From Malacoraja senta (Eukaryota), in NCBI GenBank assembly GCA_038087875.1, contig CM075997.1:868001-932000 (forward strand): a stretch of DNA of 64,000 nt. Reading direction: 5' to 3'. This document shows, piece by piece, positions 36,839 to 50,053 of the stretch; positions within the stretch are counted from its first letter, which is position 1, and every line of letters starts with the position of its first letter. The notes under the pieces are model-generated. The model saw only the letters and a list, made by a program, of their open reading frames with translations, was not told where the DNA came from and searched no databases. A program made the position numbers and the translations under genes.

Positions 36839-37124
36839 TCCTTTCACCTTAAAGCTATGCCCTCTAGTCTTTGACATTTCCACTCGAGAAAAAAGGTTGT
36901 GACACTCTATTCTTGAGTTTGTCGTGATTAGATTTATGTAGAGTATTATTAGATTTGATTGGATAGCACGCCAAACAAAGCTTCTCGCTGTACACATGAC
37001 ACAATGATAAACATAAACTTCAACTATGCCTCTCATAATTTTATCGACCTATCAGGTCTCCATTCAACCTCTGTTGTTCCAGAGAAAACAAGTTTGTCTA
37101 ACCTCTCGTTAAAGGTAATAGCCT

Positions 37125-37438
37125 AAAAATCGTAGAAGCTAACCGTTTCAGGATTGGGTGAGGGATGGTCAAGAATATAGATAACGATCTCCTTAATCTC
37201 TTACTTTCTACTCTTTCTCTTTCTATCTTCTTTTCTTCTTTCACCCTTTTTTCCTTTTCACACACTATATATCACATGTTTTTCTATCCTTTATTATCTA
37301 GTCTCTCTTTTTCTTTTTCATTATTAAAAAAAAAAAATAAGAAGCTGTACATAAAATGTAACCTGTCAATATATATTAGGCACCTTGGTGCCATATTCCT
37401 GTACTTACTTCTAATAAAAAAAAATTAAAAATTAAAAA
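37125..37438 (+). mobile_element. L1/Tx1-type poly(A) retroposon 3' end
   Basis: T-rich UTR, AATAAA plus A-rich tail, and a 14-bp TSD AAAGGTAATAGCCT at 37111-37124 and 37439-37452, at a TT|AAA target. Confidence 0.75.
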
Positions 37439-37477
37439 AAAGGTAATAGCCTCTAATCTAGGCAGCATTCTGTTTAT

Positions 37478-37698
37478 ATAAGAAAGAACTGCAGATGCTG
37501 GTTAAATCGAAGGTAGACACAAAATGCTGGAGTAACTCAGCGGGTGAGGCAGCATCTATAGAGAGAAGGAATGGGCAACATTTTGGGTCGAGACCCTTCT
37601 TCAGTCTGAAGAAGGGTCTCAACCTGAAACGTTGCCCATTCCTTCTCTCCATAGATACTGCCTCCCCTGCCGAGTTACTGCAGCATTTTGTGTCTATC
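37478..37698. mobile_element. Penelope-derived fold-back element
   Basis: Near-perfect inverted arms about the centre CCCTTCTTCAGTCTGAAGAAGGG. Confidence 0.85.
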
Positions 37699-39256
37699 AA
37701 AATTCAGTTTCATTTAGAGATATGGTGCGGAAACAGGCCCTTCGGCTCACTGAGTCAGCACCAAACAGTGATCCCCGCACACTAACACTATCCTACATAC
37801 AACTGGGGACCATTTACAATTATACCAAGCCAATTAACCTACAAACTGTACATTCTATTCCCTGAAGACAAAACACAGCTATAATTGACTGATACATTTT
37901 TCCTTTCATTTTCTCCTCAACATTTAATGATCCTCAGAACAGGGTGAGTGCAAAACATTACATGTAGGGCTAGATAATGACAGCTTTCTTGTAGATCAAT
38001 ATACCTCTGATGCTGTTAAATCAATTATTTCCTGAAGCCACTGTCGTTGCAAATGGTCGTTTTTTTTTTTTTAACTAATAGAAGAAAATGGTTTATAAAC
38101 ATATAAAATTTTGGGAAAAGCAGAATTAAAATAAACAGCCACTTTTACCTGGTATATTGTGACACAGATATACAAAGTGTAATTTCTGCTGAATCGTTCA
38201 GAATCATTCTTAATCACATACCTAGACAGAGATTATTACTATTCTAAACCAGCCACGCAATTGCATTTAAGACGATGACAACCCTGTTATTCCTGCAATG
38301 CTCTACAATCTCCCTGAAGGGTCCCGACCCAAAATGTCACCAATCCACATTCTCCAAGGATGCTGCCTGACACGTTGAGTTACTCCAGCACTTGGTGTCC
38401 TTTTGTGCATTAACCAGCATCAGTAGTTCTTTGTTTATACTCCCGACATATTTGTTCATCTAACTCCCATTAATTTGGGGGCTTATTGTCCAAGTGCAAG
38501 GTGATCATCCCCTTCTTATTTCTCAGCTTCACCCGGAACGCCTGTGCAAGATTCAGAGAATCACAAGAGACTGCAGATGCTGGAATCTCGATCAAAAATC
38601 AAACTTGCTGTTGGAACTCAGCGGGTTAGCCAGCATTTGTGGAGCTGAATGGACATGCGATGCCTCAGGTTGGGTCCCTTCCTCAGCGGGATTCAGAAAA
38701 GCTTGACGTGATAGATTTTCTGAAGAGGTTTCTTTTGTTGGTGGGATTTGGAATGAGGGAACCAGAGGAGATGTGGAGGATATGGGATCTGGGCGTTGTC
38801 TCTCTTGCCACCTCCGACGATGACTTTTGACATGGGTGTTGAGAACAGGCCCGTCGGTCCGTAATGTTGATACCGATGCCAAGTTAAACTAATCACCTCT
38901 GCCTGCATGTTGAGGAAAGAACTGCAGATGCTGGTAAAATCAGAGGTAGACACAAAATGCTGGAATTGGCGAAGGAATGCTTCGGTCTCAACACAAAACA
39001 TCGCCAATTCCTTCTCTCCATAGATGCTGCCTCACCCGCTGAGTTTCTCCAGCATTTTGCATCTACCTCTGCCTTCCAATGATCATATTCATGCGGCGAC
39101 CCAAAAACCTCAAACACCATTATTTAACTGCCTCCACCACCACCCCTGGTAGATAGTTCCAGGCATCCAATGCTCTTATTGATAACAGCTCCTATTCCCA
39201 GTACTCCTCAACAAGGAAAGATGCTGAGATTAATGATCACAGCAACAATAATCTAA

Positions 39257-39493
39257 TTTTCACACAGAGAGTGGTGAGTCTGTGGAATTCTCTGCCTCAG
39301 AGGGCGGTGGAGGCCGATTCTCTGGATGCTTTCAAGAGAGAGCTAGATAGGGCTCTTAAAGATAGTGGAGTAAGGGGATATGGGGAGAAGGCAAGAATGG
39401 GGTACTGATTGGGGATGATCAGCCATGATCACACTGAATGGCGGTGCTGGCTCGAAGGACCGAATGGCCTACTCCTGCACCCATTGTCTATTG
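39257..39493 (+). mobile_element. CR1-clade LINE 3' fragment
   Basis: Highly similar to 36630-36838. Confidence 0.8.
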
Positions 39494-41160
39494 ACATGGT
39501 GGAGGGACTTCAAATGACTCATGTTTCTCTTACATTCTCATGAATGCATGATGAGGCAACAAAGTTTTTCTTTTGTTTAGGTTTAGAAAAAAAGCGAATA
39601 ATGAAACTAATTCCTGCTATACATCTTATTACAGTACTTTTTCAGACACAGGTTTCGCTGCATTAATGGATGTCAAAAGGTGAAGGAAAGGGAAACTGGA
39701 GAATTTAGTTGTCATATGAAAGCTCTGGACAGGCTCGCCACCCCCCTCTGGCAAATTAAAAAAGGTCAAATAAATAATTAATTAATACGCTCATGTAACC
39801 CATGCAACATAACCCCATTCTCAAGGTTTCGGATCAGGGCACTTCTTTAGACTTTTTCACTTGCTGAGACCCTCCAGCCCTTCATTTTTTCCCCGCAAGA
39901 TTCCAGCATTTTCAGTTTCTTGTGGCTCCACCTCAAGGCAGAGAATGCAATCCCCTTCCCCTGACAGATCCAAGTATCCACACAATTTATCTCGCAGTGA
40001 CTCTCGGCTGTACTGTAATCTCCCTTTGGGCATATCAAGTATTCATAGAGCATGTTAATAATTCGCTGCCTTGATGGCTGAACAAATGATACTTTGTCAG
40101 GCAACAGAATCATACCAAATGGAATGCAGAAACAAGACAGGAGCACTGGATAAAAGCTGAAGCCTCTTAAGGAAGCGACGCCCGACATGTAGGGTTCCGA
40201 AGGCACAGAAATTATATACTGCAAAGGCGTCAGTCAATAATTCAGCAGACAGCACCAAAGTGTAAAATGTAATGACCACTGCCTCATGATTTATGGACAT
40301 GGTACATGGGACTCACACAGACTTGGGACTTATCCATTAAGCCTCACTCTTAAGTCTAAAGTCCAGGGATGGTACCTCCTCCACGGAGATACAAGGAACT
40401 GCAGATGCTGGAGACTTGAATAAAACACAAAGTGCTGGACATTGAGTAACTCTGGAGCTAGAGTAACTCAACGGGTCAGGCAGCATCGCTGGAGAAAGGG
40501 AATAGGTGACGTTTTGGGCACAAACCCTTCTACAGGAGTCTGAAGTAGGGTTTCCACCCAAAATGTCACCTCTTCCTTTTCTCCAGAAATGCTGCCTGTC
40601 CCGCTGAGTTACTCCAGCTTTTTGTGTCTATCTTCGGTTTAAACCAGCATCTGCAGTCCTTCCTACACAGAAAGAACCCAAGTTTTCTAGGCAGTTATAC
40701 AGGTGCAAAGGAGGAAGATAGGAGGGGTTGTTAATAGAAATTGGGAAAGTTAAGCCACAGGCAGCTGTTCTCACCCATCAGGGAACAGCTGGTTACTGAG
40801 AACGCTGATAAAACCCAAGCAAAATCTCTAAACTAAACAGCCTGGCAGTTTTCATCATCCACTCAGGAAATACAATTCCAGATGAACATCTTTTTTACCC
40901 GCTGTGTTAAATTTATGTCCTCCAGATACTCTCTCCTGTATGTAGAAATAGCTTTACACACTCAATTTTGAATTAATCATAAAATTGTTTTAACCATTTC
41001 TGCTTTAAGAATGTTGTTAAACTTGTACATAAATTTAGCCTGGTGACTCGCCTAGGGAAGTCTAAAACTTATATCACCAAGGTCAGGTGCTGCAGATTTA
41101 TCATAACTGTTATCATTATTTATTTTAATGCTTAAATATCAGGAGAGCAAATTTTATTCT

Positions 41161-41456
41161 TTAGTTTAGTTTAGAGATACAGCGGGAAGCAGGCCCTTCG
41201 GCCCACCGGGTCCGCGCTGACCAGCGATCCCCGCACATTAACACCATCCTACACCCACTAGGGACAATTTTTACATTTCAGCAAGCCAATTAACCTACAA
41301 ACCTGTAAGTCTTTGGAGTGTGGGAGGAAATCCACACAGGTCACCGGGAGAACGTACAAACTCCGTACAGACAGGACCCAGTAGTCGGGATCGAACCCGG
41401 GTCTCCGGCGCTACATTCGCTATAAGGCAGCAACTGTACCGCTGCGCCACGGTGAC
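41161..41456 (-). mobile_element. HE1-type SINE, full length
   Basis: Reverse complement of the HE1 consensus including the (GTTTA)n tail. Confidence 0.88.
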
Positions 41457-42720
41457 TATATCTCAAATTTCTGCGTAGTCGTTCGTGTAATTCCCCAAGT
41501 GCAAATTTCCATTACCCGATGAGTTGTAAAGCAGGGATCACCTGTAATACACCATGCTATCATCAAATCAACAAGAACTAGCTTTCCTCAACTCCTCTCC
41601 TTTTGTGGTTTTTCCACAATTGATTTTCTCTCTGCCACTCCTCCATCTTCGAAGCTCAATGGAATACAAACAAACATTGTAAAGCCTCTCGCAATTTAAT
41701 CCTTTAAGCTCAAGTAACATACTGGCAAATCCGCTCTAGCCAAAGACCGGTGTGTCTTTCATACTGATGAACTCTGTCCAACCAAAGCATTTTTTTCCGT
41801 GAGTAAACACAAGATGCTGGAGTAACTCAGCGAGACAGGTAGCATCTCTGGAGAGAAGGCAGCATCTCCAGAGATGCTGCCTGTCCCGCTGAGTTACTCC
41901 AGCATTTTGTGTCTACCTTCGATTTAAACCAGCATCTGCAGTTCTGTCCGACACATTATTTTCGTGAATCCCTCGTAAATAAACAGCAATGCTCCTTCAG
42001 TCATTACAATTGTTTTTTTTGTAAAAACACCCATTTCATCTCTTAATTTGTGCACAAGATCATCTTTGGATAACATAAACTGTCTTGTCTCCCACCAACC
42101 CCAATGAAGAAATGGTTTTGATTTGATTTTCCCTCAGATCTAAAAGCCAGTAAGATAGCACATCCACATTTGATCTCCAGCTGCAAAAGTTTTACGTTCC
42201 TGTCTAACTTAGTGCTCTGAACAATATTAATATTGGAAGAAACAAGGAACTACAGATACTAGTTTACTTTTTAAAAAAGTGCTGGAGTAACTCAACGGGT
42301 TAAGCATTATCCCTGGAGAACATGGATAGGTGATGTTTCGGGTCGGGGCTCTTCTTCAGGCTCAATACTTGATATTAGTATTTTCTTATTATTATTGCAC
42401 ACTGGGATACAATGAAAAGCTTTTGTTTGTGTGCTCTTGAATTAAATTAAGTAACACTATACATGAATACAATCAAGCCATTCACAGGTCTAGAATACGG
42501 ATAGATTTCCAAATGGAATAGAAATTTAAAAGAGCGAATGATTGCATTGAATGATAGTAGATAGTCTTCTGGGACTGGTACGCAAAGAGTCGCCATGCTC
42601 CGATACCATCTTTGAATACAATGTACCACACCTCACAAATTAGTGGCAGCTGCAAAACTGACTTTAACCTCTCTCTTCCCGCACCAGTGCACATGGAGAG
42701 AGAAGGCTGGATTATCATTC

Positions 42721-42977
42721 ACCCGGGTATGATCCCGACTACGGGTGCTTGCCTGCACGGAGTTTGTACGTTCACTCAGTGACCTGTGTGGGTTTTCTCC
42801 GGGATTTCTGATTTCCTCCCACACTCCAAAGACGTGTAGGTTAATTGGCTTGGAATAATTGTAAATTGTCCCTAGGGTGTGTAGGATAGTGTTCGTGTGC
42901 GGGGATCGCTGATCGGCGTGGACTCGGTGGGACGAAGGGCCTGTGTCAGCGCTGCATCTCTAAGCGAAACTAAACTA
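42721..42977 (+). mobile_element. HE1-type SINE (5'-clipped)
   Basis: B box onward, with V-domain and tail. Confidence 0.85.
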
Positions 42978-42990
42978 ACCTCTGGTAGTT

Positions 42991-43125
42991 CAATCTGAAG
43001 AAGGGTCTCGACCCGAAACGTCACACTTTCCTTCTCTCCAGAGATGCTGCCTGTCCCGCTGAGTTACTCCAGCATTTTGCGTCTACCTTCGATTTAAACC
43101 AGGACCTGCAGTTCTTACCTACACA
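42991..43125 (+). mobile_element. Penelope-derived short element, single arm with intact hammerhead-like core
   Basis: CTGAAGAAGGGTCTCGACCCGAAACGTC at 42995-43022; imperfect TSD TAACCTCTGGTAGTTC / TAAACTCTAGTAGTTC. Confidence 0.85.
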
Positions 43126-44062
43126 TAAACTCTAGTAGTTCCTTGCTCAAGGCAATGAGCAGAAGTGATAGCCGTGTGCAGCTCAGAACACACGCACACA
43201 AATGGGAATTTTGAACTTCAATGTGGGCTAATAAGGAAGCCAAGGAGCTATTGTTTTGAAGCCAACATCAATTAACACAGCTCACTGGCTCACAATCTGC
43301 TGTGGTCACAGCAAGTCACCTTGTGCTACTAAGCTAATGAAGCATTAATTTGCTATTCTCCATCAACAGTTTTCATAGTCGGCTGCCCCCGTTGTTAAAA
43401 TGTCATCCACGGTCATGCAACTAATTGCACCATCTAGTTCAAATTTAGATGTTTCTTGACTTTTCCCTTCAGTTAAACTAAACATTTCACACAACCTAGA
43501 AAAATGCTGCTGATGTGTCTTTTATTAAGGATGCAGGGATTCAGACATCCAGATTGCTGGTGTCTTCTTGCTAGCAGCAGCAGTATTGTCTATTGTCTAT
43601 ATGTACAGTAGCATTGATCATAAGGCATTTGTCTCACTCTATTGTGTTTGGACTGCTAATTCTATTCCCCCAAAGGCCTCTTCTTTTCTCCAATGCTCCA
43701 ATAGCCTCTCGGGGCAAATTAAGAGTTACTCATCATGAACACAGAAACCTTGCGCGTTTCAAGAGCATCTTTCAGAACTTTGGGACATCTACGATCAAAG
43801 CGGTTTACAGCTAATAAGCAGAAAAAGCAAAAGGCTGGAGGAGCTCAGCATCTATGGAGGGAATGTCAGACACCATTTCGGAAGTGATCAGACTGAAGGA
43901 GTGTCCTGACCTGGAACGTCATCTGCTCGTACGCTCCCCGGATGCTGCCTGACCCGCTGAGCTCCTCCAGACTTTTGTTTAATTTGCTTATTAGCTGTAA
44001 AGTGAATTGAAGCAGGATAGAAAACTGACTGAAGACAGTCCCAATCCAAAACATTGCCTGCC

Positions 44063-44258
44063 TTCTTCTTCTTCTGTCGTATGTCTTTTAGACCTGCAGC
44101 TCCGTTGAGGCGAGCCAGGCCAACGTGTCATCGTCCAGGTCAATCAGACCTCGTTCACCATTCGGTGGCTGGTGTTTGGGCAACTGGTGACTATGTGCTC
44201 CACTGTCTGTGTTGGGTCCCCACACTCGCAGGAGGCGCTGTCCACGAGGCCCCACCTC
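44063..44258 (-). mobile_element. Vingi/Ingi-like (I group) LINE 3' end
   Basis: WGLVDSASCECGDPTQTVEHIVTSCP / KHQPPNGERGLIDLDDDTLAWLASTELQV* (CCHC knuckle), then CATACGACA(GAA)n tail; 8-bp TSD TGCCTGCC at 44055-44062 and 44259-44266. Confidence 0.75.
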
Positions 44259-44577
44259 TGCCTGCCCATTTCCCTCCACAGATGCTGCCTGACCAGCAGG
44301 GTTGTTCCAGCCTTTCATTTTTTTAACTTAAGATTCCAGCATCTGTAGTTTGCTGTGCCTCCGTTTTACAGGTAATAAGCACTTCTGAAGTTTGTCACTA
44401 GAATCCCATAAATATCAATGTGTTGATGATGGAAGCCATTTTCGGATATGGCGCTCAAGGAATGGATATTAGAGATATTTTCTTTCAATAACGTTAGGAT
44501 GTCTTGTGCGCCTGGCAGAATGGGCTGGCGTTTATGTTTAATGTCTCACCTGAAGAAAAATAGTTAAATAAATCATA

Positions 44578-44848
44578 GCTGCTGCCTCACAATGCCAGGA
44601 ACCCGGGTTCGATCCTGACGACAGGTGCTGTCAGTACACAGTTTGTACGTTTTCCCAGTTTTCTCCGGGAGCTCCGGTTTCCTCCCACATTCCAAAGACG
44701 TTCAGGTTTGTCGGTTAATTGGCTTCGGTAAAATCGTAAATTGTCCCTTGTGTATAGGATAGTGAAGGTGTGCTGGGGTTCGCTGGTCGGAGCGGACTCG
44801 TTGGGCCGAAGGGCCCGTTTCCGCGCTGTATCTCGAAAATAAACTAAA
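44578..44848 (+). mobile_element. HE1-type SINE
   Basis: GCTGCCTCACA...GGTTCGATCC...V-domain...GGGCCGAAGGGCC tail. Confidence 0.85.
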
Positions 44849-45550
44849 TATTGTTACAACAGTGGATTACAAATAGTCCTCAAAAGGACTCAAGGGCAGT
44901 TAAAGTGCTATCATTAGCTCTGCTCGCTCTAGTAAGCTAACCATTGTAGACCTGGGCATTAGAGGTGGGTCATTCCTTGATTTCAGATATCTAATATGGT
45001 AGCTCCAAAACATCAGACAATGCAATCATTTAGCTGCTGCAGGAACCAGTGAGAGAGCTACAAAAAAAAATATTATCAGCTAAAGGTGCCTCCAGGCACT
45101 TCCTAACAAATGAGATCTGTGTTAGTTGAAGGTTAACATGAAATATATTTTTTCTTTTATCACTGAGCCATTCCATTACTCTTTGTAAAGATGTATGCAA
45201 CGGGTTGTTTTTTTTAACCTGGGGGTAAAGTTTTAATTAAGCCAAACATTTCAGTTACCAAGAGGATCAAATGTTTACATTAATAAACTAGATGTGGTAA
45301 TGTGGCACATCTAGGAAAAAGAGGAAAAGGATACCCACTTTACAACTCCCTCTGGGACATTCTCAACACAAGCTTAAATGAGATAAACTGGAAAGAGACC
45401 AGAAGTGTTTTGGGAATTTTTGTATAACAGAGCGAGCATGGTGGAACTCTGAATGTATTAACCAAAATAGATCTGCTGTCAAATTAATATAAAGTTTTCC
45501 ATTTTAGCCAATCTACAAAGGACCCCACCTATATAGGGACTATTTTACTT

Positions 45551-45750
45551 NNNNNNNNNNNNNNNNNNNNNNNNNNNNNNNNNNNNNNNNNNNNNNNNNN
45601 NNNNNNNNNNNNNNNNNNNNNNNNNNNNNNNNNNNNNNNNNNNNNNNNNNNNNNNNNNNNNNNNNNNNNNNNNNNNNNNNNNNNNNNNNNNNNNNNNNNN
45701 NNNNNNNNNNNNNNNNNNNNNNNNNNNNNNNNNNNNNNNNNNNNNNNNNN
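45551..45750. other. Assembly gap (200 N)
   Basis: Run of exactly 200 N. Confidence 1.
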
Positions 45751-47645
45751 CAACTCTGAACACACTAATAACATCATATGCTAAAAATCTATTAATAGCA
45801 GCCAAACAGCAAAGTCATTTCTTGACAAGAAGATTGCTGCAAAGTTAAGATCAAGACAATGGCTCGCTTTATACAGTATGGTGAAAGTAGAGGTGACCAG
45901 TTGGATTATACTTTTCAGCCAAACACAATAAAACAGCGTCCAAACAATGATGGCAAAATGGTATAAAATGAGACACATCATCGCATGCACGGCTGAACAT
46001 CCTGTATCACAAGATTAAATATGATTTGCAAAGAGCAGTCAGCAAGAAGAATGATTTGTGAAGAGTTGACCGCTTTCAAAGTTTCTGCTCACTCAGTGAG
46101 CACCGGAACATAATAGAATTACTTCAAGGCAGCAGATAGAATGCGACAGAACTGACAGGCTTGCTCCAGGCGCCCATCTTGTATTAATAAACCTACCGAG
46201 CTGAACTACGACTGCCATAATCACTGCCTCGTGCCTCAGACTGTCAAGCCACAAGGGCATTTTATTGCTCAAAACATTGTCCGTTTGCAATTGTGACTGG
46301 CACATTGAAAAGGCACAGGCAAAAATCTCTATTTCTCATGTTTTGCTGCCCCAGACCAAGGCATTTAAAGTAGTGATGGAAGCAACCTTTTTCCGGTTGA
46401 CCAGCTGAGCCACTCCAGCACTTTGGGTCTACCTTCAGCATTTAAAGTAGATTTAATTCGCGGGTTCAGGGATGGCTGTTTTTATTGGTAAGGCAGTGAA
46501 TACACAATTCATGAACAAAACAAAAAAAAACAACCAGCTGGAGGAATTCAGTTGGTCATGCAGCGTAGAGTCATCCAACATGGAAACAGTCTCCTCAGCC
46601 CACCAAGAAGCCCCATCTAAGATAGTCCCATTTGCCAGCAGTTGGCCCATGGAGCTCTAAACATTTCCATGTACCCGTCTCTCTTCATTTTCCTACAAGA
46701 TTCTCTGTGTATATAACAACCTATCCCTTTGAACAGGCTGTGGATGATTAGCTCTGATATCTCTGCGGCTCAGTGCCAAATATGAGCTTATTAGTAACAC
46801 TCTTGTTAAGTACCTTGAGGGACCTTTGTACCCGTCCATGACACTACTTGGATACACTTTTGTTGCTAACCCAGCAACCAACCATCTGGATGCACTGCTT
46901 CAAAATAAAGGTCACCCACAAAAAGAGAGATCTGACTTTATCCAACACCTCATGATCACTTTGAAGAGCCCTCTACATCAGCACAAACTGACGGGATATA
47001 TCTGCACCATGACTGGTTTACCACGATTTTCAATGCAATAGCTCTAAATAAACAAATCCTGTCTGATCTAGAACCAGCAATGGTGCTTCTGTGAAGTATA
47101 ATTATTGATCCACGAAACTGCAATTTGAACTACAAGCAACATTCACGTTACAACCCAAGTACCTGGTCTTGGATTCTGCTGGGGTTGGCGGGGTGTGGGA
47201 GTCTACAGCGTGGATGCTGTGGACCTGGTGCTAAACCTGGAACTCAGTCTGAAGGAGGGTCTCGACCCGAAACGTCACCCATTCCTTCACCCACACTCGC
47301 CTTCGATCATCCGTTCACACTAGTTCTAGGTCATCCCATTTTTGCATCCACTCCCGATACACATGGGGAGGTTTACAGAGACTAATAACCTTGAGTTACT
47401 CCAGCACTTTGTGCCCTTCTTAAGTGTCTTCAGTGACTGAAATACCTACCAAAACTCATTGTCCCCGCCCAACAGATGGATATCAGCACAAAGAAATCAT
47501 TATTTCTCCAAATCAAGCATTGTTTTACAGAAAATAAGACTGCCAGGTTCAGCCTAACTAATGTTTGCCTGGCTCTCAATTCCAGCAATGCTGTCATTCA
47601 CATTGATTAATAGACTAATGTCAAATAATGCTTGAATGGGCAAGA

Positions 47646-47892
47646 TCTCATATTCCACTTGGGCAGTTTGCACCCCAGCGGTATGAACATTGACTTCTCT
47701 AATTTCAGGTAGTCCCTGCTTTCTCCTCCCCTTCTCAGCTCTCCCTCAGCCCTCTGGCTCCACCTCTTCCTTTCTTCTTCCTGCCCTCCCCACCCTCACC
47801 AGTCTGAAGAAGGGTCTCGACCCAAAACGTTGCCTATTTCCTTCGCTCCATAGATGCTGCCTCACCCGCTGAGTTTCTCCAGCATTTTTGTT
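47646..47892 (+). mobile_element. Shorter Penelope-like 3' fragment (same family as 21051-21495)
   Basis: Shares ...GTATGAACATTGACTTCTCTAATTTCAGGTAGTCC..., the pyrimidine-rich UTR and the CTGAAGAAGGGTCTCGACCC arm. Confidence 0.85.
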
Positions 47893-48732
47893 GACCCCCT
47901 CACCAGTTGAAATTAATTAATTTAGACAGAAATTGATATCCCTGAAGAAAGGAAGAAACAGGTTCTCAACCAGTAACCTCTCTTAATACTATTTATTTTG
48001 CAAATAATTAAAATGAAAGACTATAGAGTGCTGCTGAAATACAAGGCACCGCTGGACAACATGTAGGCACATTCACAAAGGTCGATATGCTCTGTTCAAT
48101 CAACATTAATTCACAAACCTAACATCAGATGCACTTCCCATTCCCATGGCAAACGGATTATTTTTTAAAAATAGATATTTGATCAGAAACTATGATTTTA
48201 GATTCAAGACCTAACTTTCCATTGTCAACATCAAAGGGGATTTTTTTTTATACATGGGGAAAAAAAGTTGATTTTTCCTTTAAATTCACTCCAAAATAAA
48301 TTTCAAAAATTCCTTTTATGGTTCAACCTTTGTTCTAGCTGCTTTTCCCAAAGCGACAAAGATTGGCACAGGATTAAGCTTTGTGTGCTCCAAATATTTT
48401 AACAAAACTGCTGATACGCTGCAGTTTACAAGAGAAAGCAGGTTTGCACTCAGGGAAACAGAGGTAGCTAACTAAATAAAAGCTGAAATATTGGGAGCTG
48501 TCAACACGATATTATCCCAAAAGACAGCGAACATCTCTATCACGTCCAAACAGATGCTAAATTAAATTCTGCATTGTGAATCCAATGAAAAGGTAGGACT
48601 AGGTTTGGAATCGTGAATGCAAAGGCAGAGAAACTACTCCTGCTCATTATCTAAATCCCTCCACTGCTAAAGCAAGAAGGAACCACGTACAGTATAAACG
48701 GAGCAAAGGGGAAAATGCCAGAATATTGTGTT

Positions 48733-49331
48733 ATAGAAACATAGAAACATAGAAAATAGGTGCAGGAGTAGGCCATTCGGCCCTTCGAGCCTGCACTGCC
48801 ATTCGATATGATCATGGCTGATCATCCAACTCAGTATCCTGTACCTCCCTTCTCTCCATACCCCCTGATCCCTTTAGCCACAAGGGCCACATCTAACTCC
48901 CTCTTAAATATAGCCAATGAACTGGCCTCAACTACCTTCTGTGGCAGAGAATTCCACAAATTCACCACTCTCTGTGTGAAAAATGATTTTCTCATCTCGG
49001 TCCTAAAAGACTTCCCTCTTATCCTTAAACTGTGACCCCTAGTTCTGGACTTCCCCAACATCGGGAATAATCTTCCTGCATCTAGCCTGTCCAACCCCTT
49101 AAGAATTTTGTAAGTTTCTATAAGATCCCCCCTCAATCTTCTAAATTCTAGCGTGTACAAGCCGAGTCTATCCAGTCTTTCTTCATATGAAAGTCCTGCC
49201 ATCCCAGGAATCAGTCTGGTGAACCTTCTCTGTACTCCCTCTATGGCAAGAATGTCTTTCTTCAGATTAGGAGACCAAAACTGTACGCAATACTCCAGGT
49301 GTGGTCTCACCAAGACCCTGTACAACTGCAG
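48733..49331 (-). mobile_element. CR1-clade (HER1-like) LINE 3' fragment
   Basis: LVRPHLEYCVQFWSP...EGVQRRFTRLIPG...RRLRGDLIETYKI...FFTQRVVNLWNSLP; (CTATGTTT)n tail. Confidence 0.92.
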
Positions 49332-49688
49332 TTATAGCATCGCAGTGTTACAGTTCCAGAATAAAAGGTCCAAATGAATAGGGTGGAAGGTTGGAACAAC
49401 ACCTTAGGTTATGGGAGGACTGGTAACGATGGGGAAGAAGCCGTTCCTGAAACTGGTGGTACGTGTTTTCAAGCTTTTGCATTTTCTGCCCAAAGGGAGA
49501 AGGGAGAAAAGGGAATATCTCTAATAGGGCGGGACCAAATGGTCCATGTGATAATTGAGGCAGATCATGTTTCTTTGCCAGTGTTAGAGCCATAGAGTGA
49601 TACAGCTTAGAAATAGGCCCTTCGGCCCAACTTGCCCCATCTACATTAGTCCCACCTGCCCGCATTTGGTCCATATGCCCTCAACCAC

Positions 49689-50053
49689 TTGGCCCCCCTT
49701 TATCTCACTGACCTCCTCTCCCCCTACCAACCCTCACGGTCCCTCAGATCCACATCTCCTCTCCATTCCGAAATCCAACCTCTGCACTTTTGGAAACAGA
49801 GCCTTCTCCAGGGCAGCTCCCAGGCTCTGGAACTCCCTCCCACAATTGATTCGAAATTCTGAGTCCCTCACCATCCTCCAGTCCCGCCTCAAGACCCATC
49901 TCTTCACCTCTGCATACCCTTAGTCCCATGTTCCCCTCCCCTTTGCATCTCTGTCTTACTGCTCTATTTTGATTTGTTCTTGACTCTCCATGTAAAGCGA
50001 CTTTGAGTCCTTGAAAAGCGCTATACAAATAAAATGTATTATTATTATTATTA
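49689..50053 (+). mobile_element. L2-clade LINE 3' fragment
   Basis: FGNRAFSRAAPRLWNSLP...SRLKTHLF*; 3' end GTAAAGCGACTTTGAG...AAAAGCGCTATACAAATAAAATG(TAT)n typical of L2. Confidence 0.85.
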
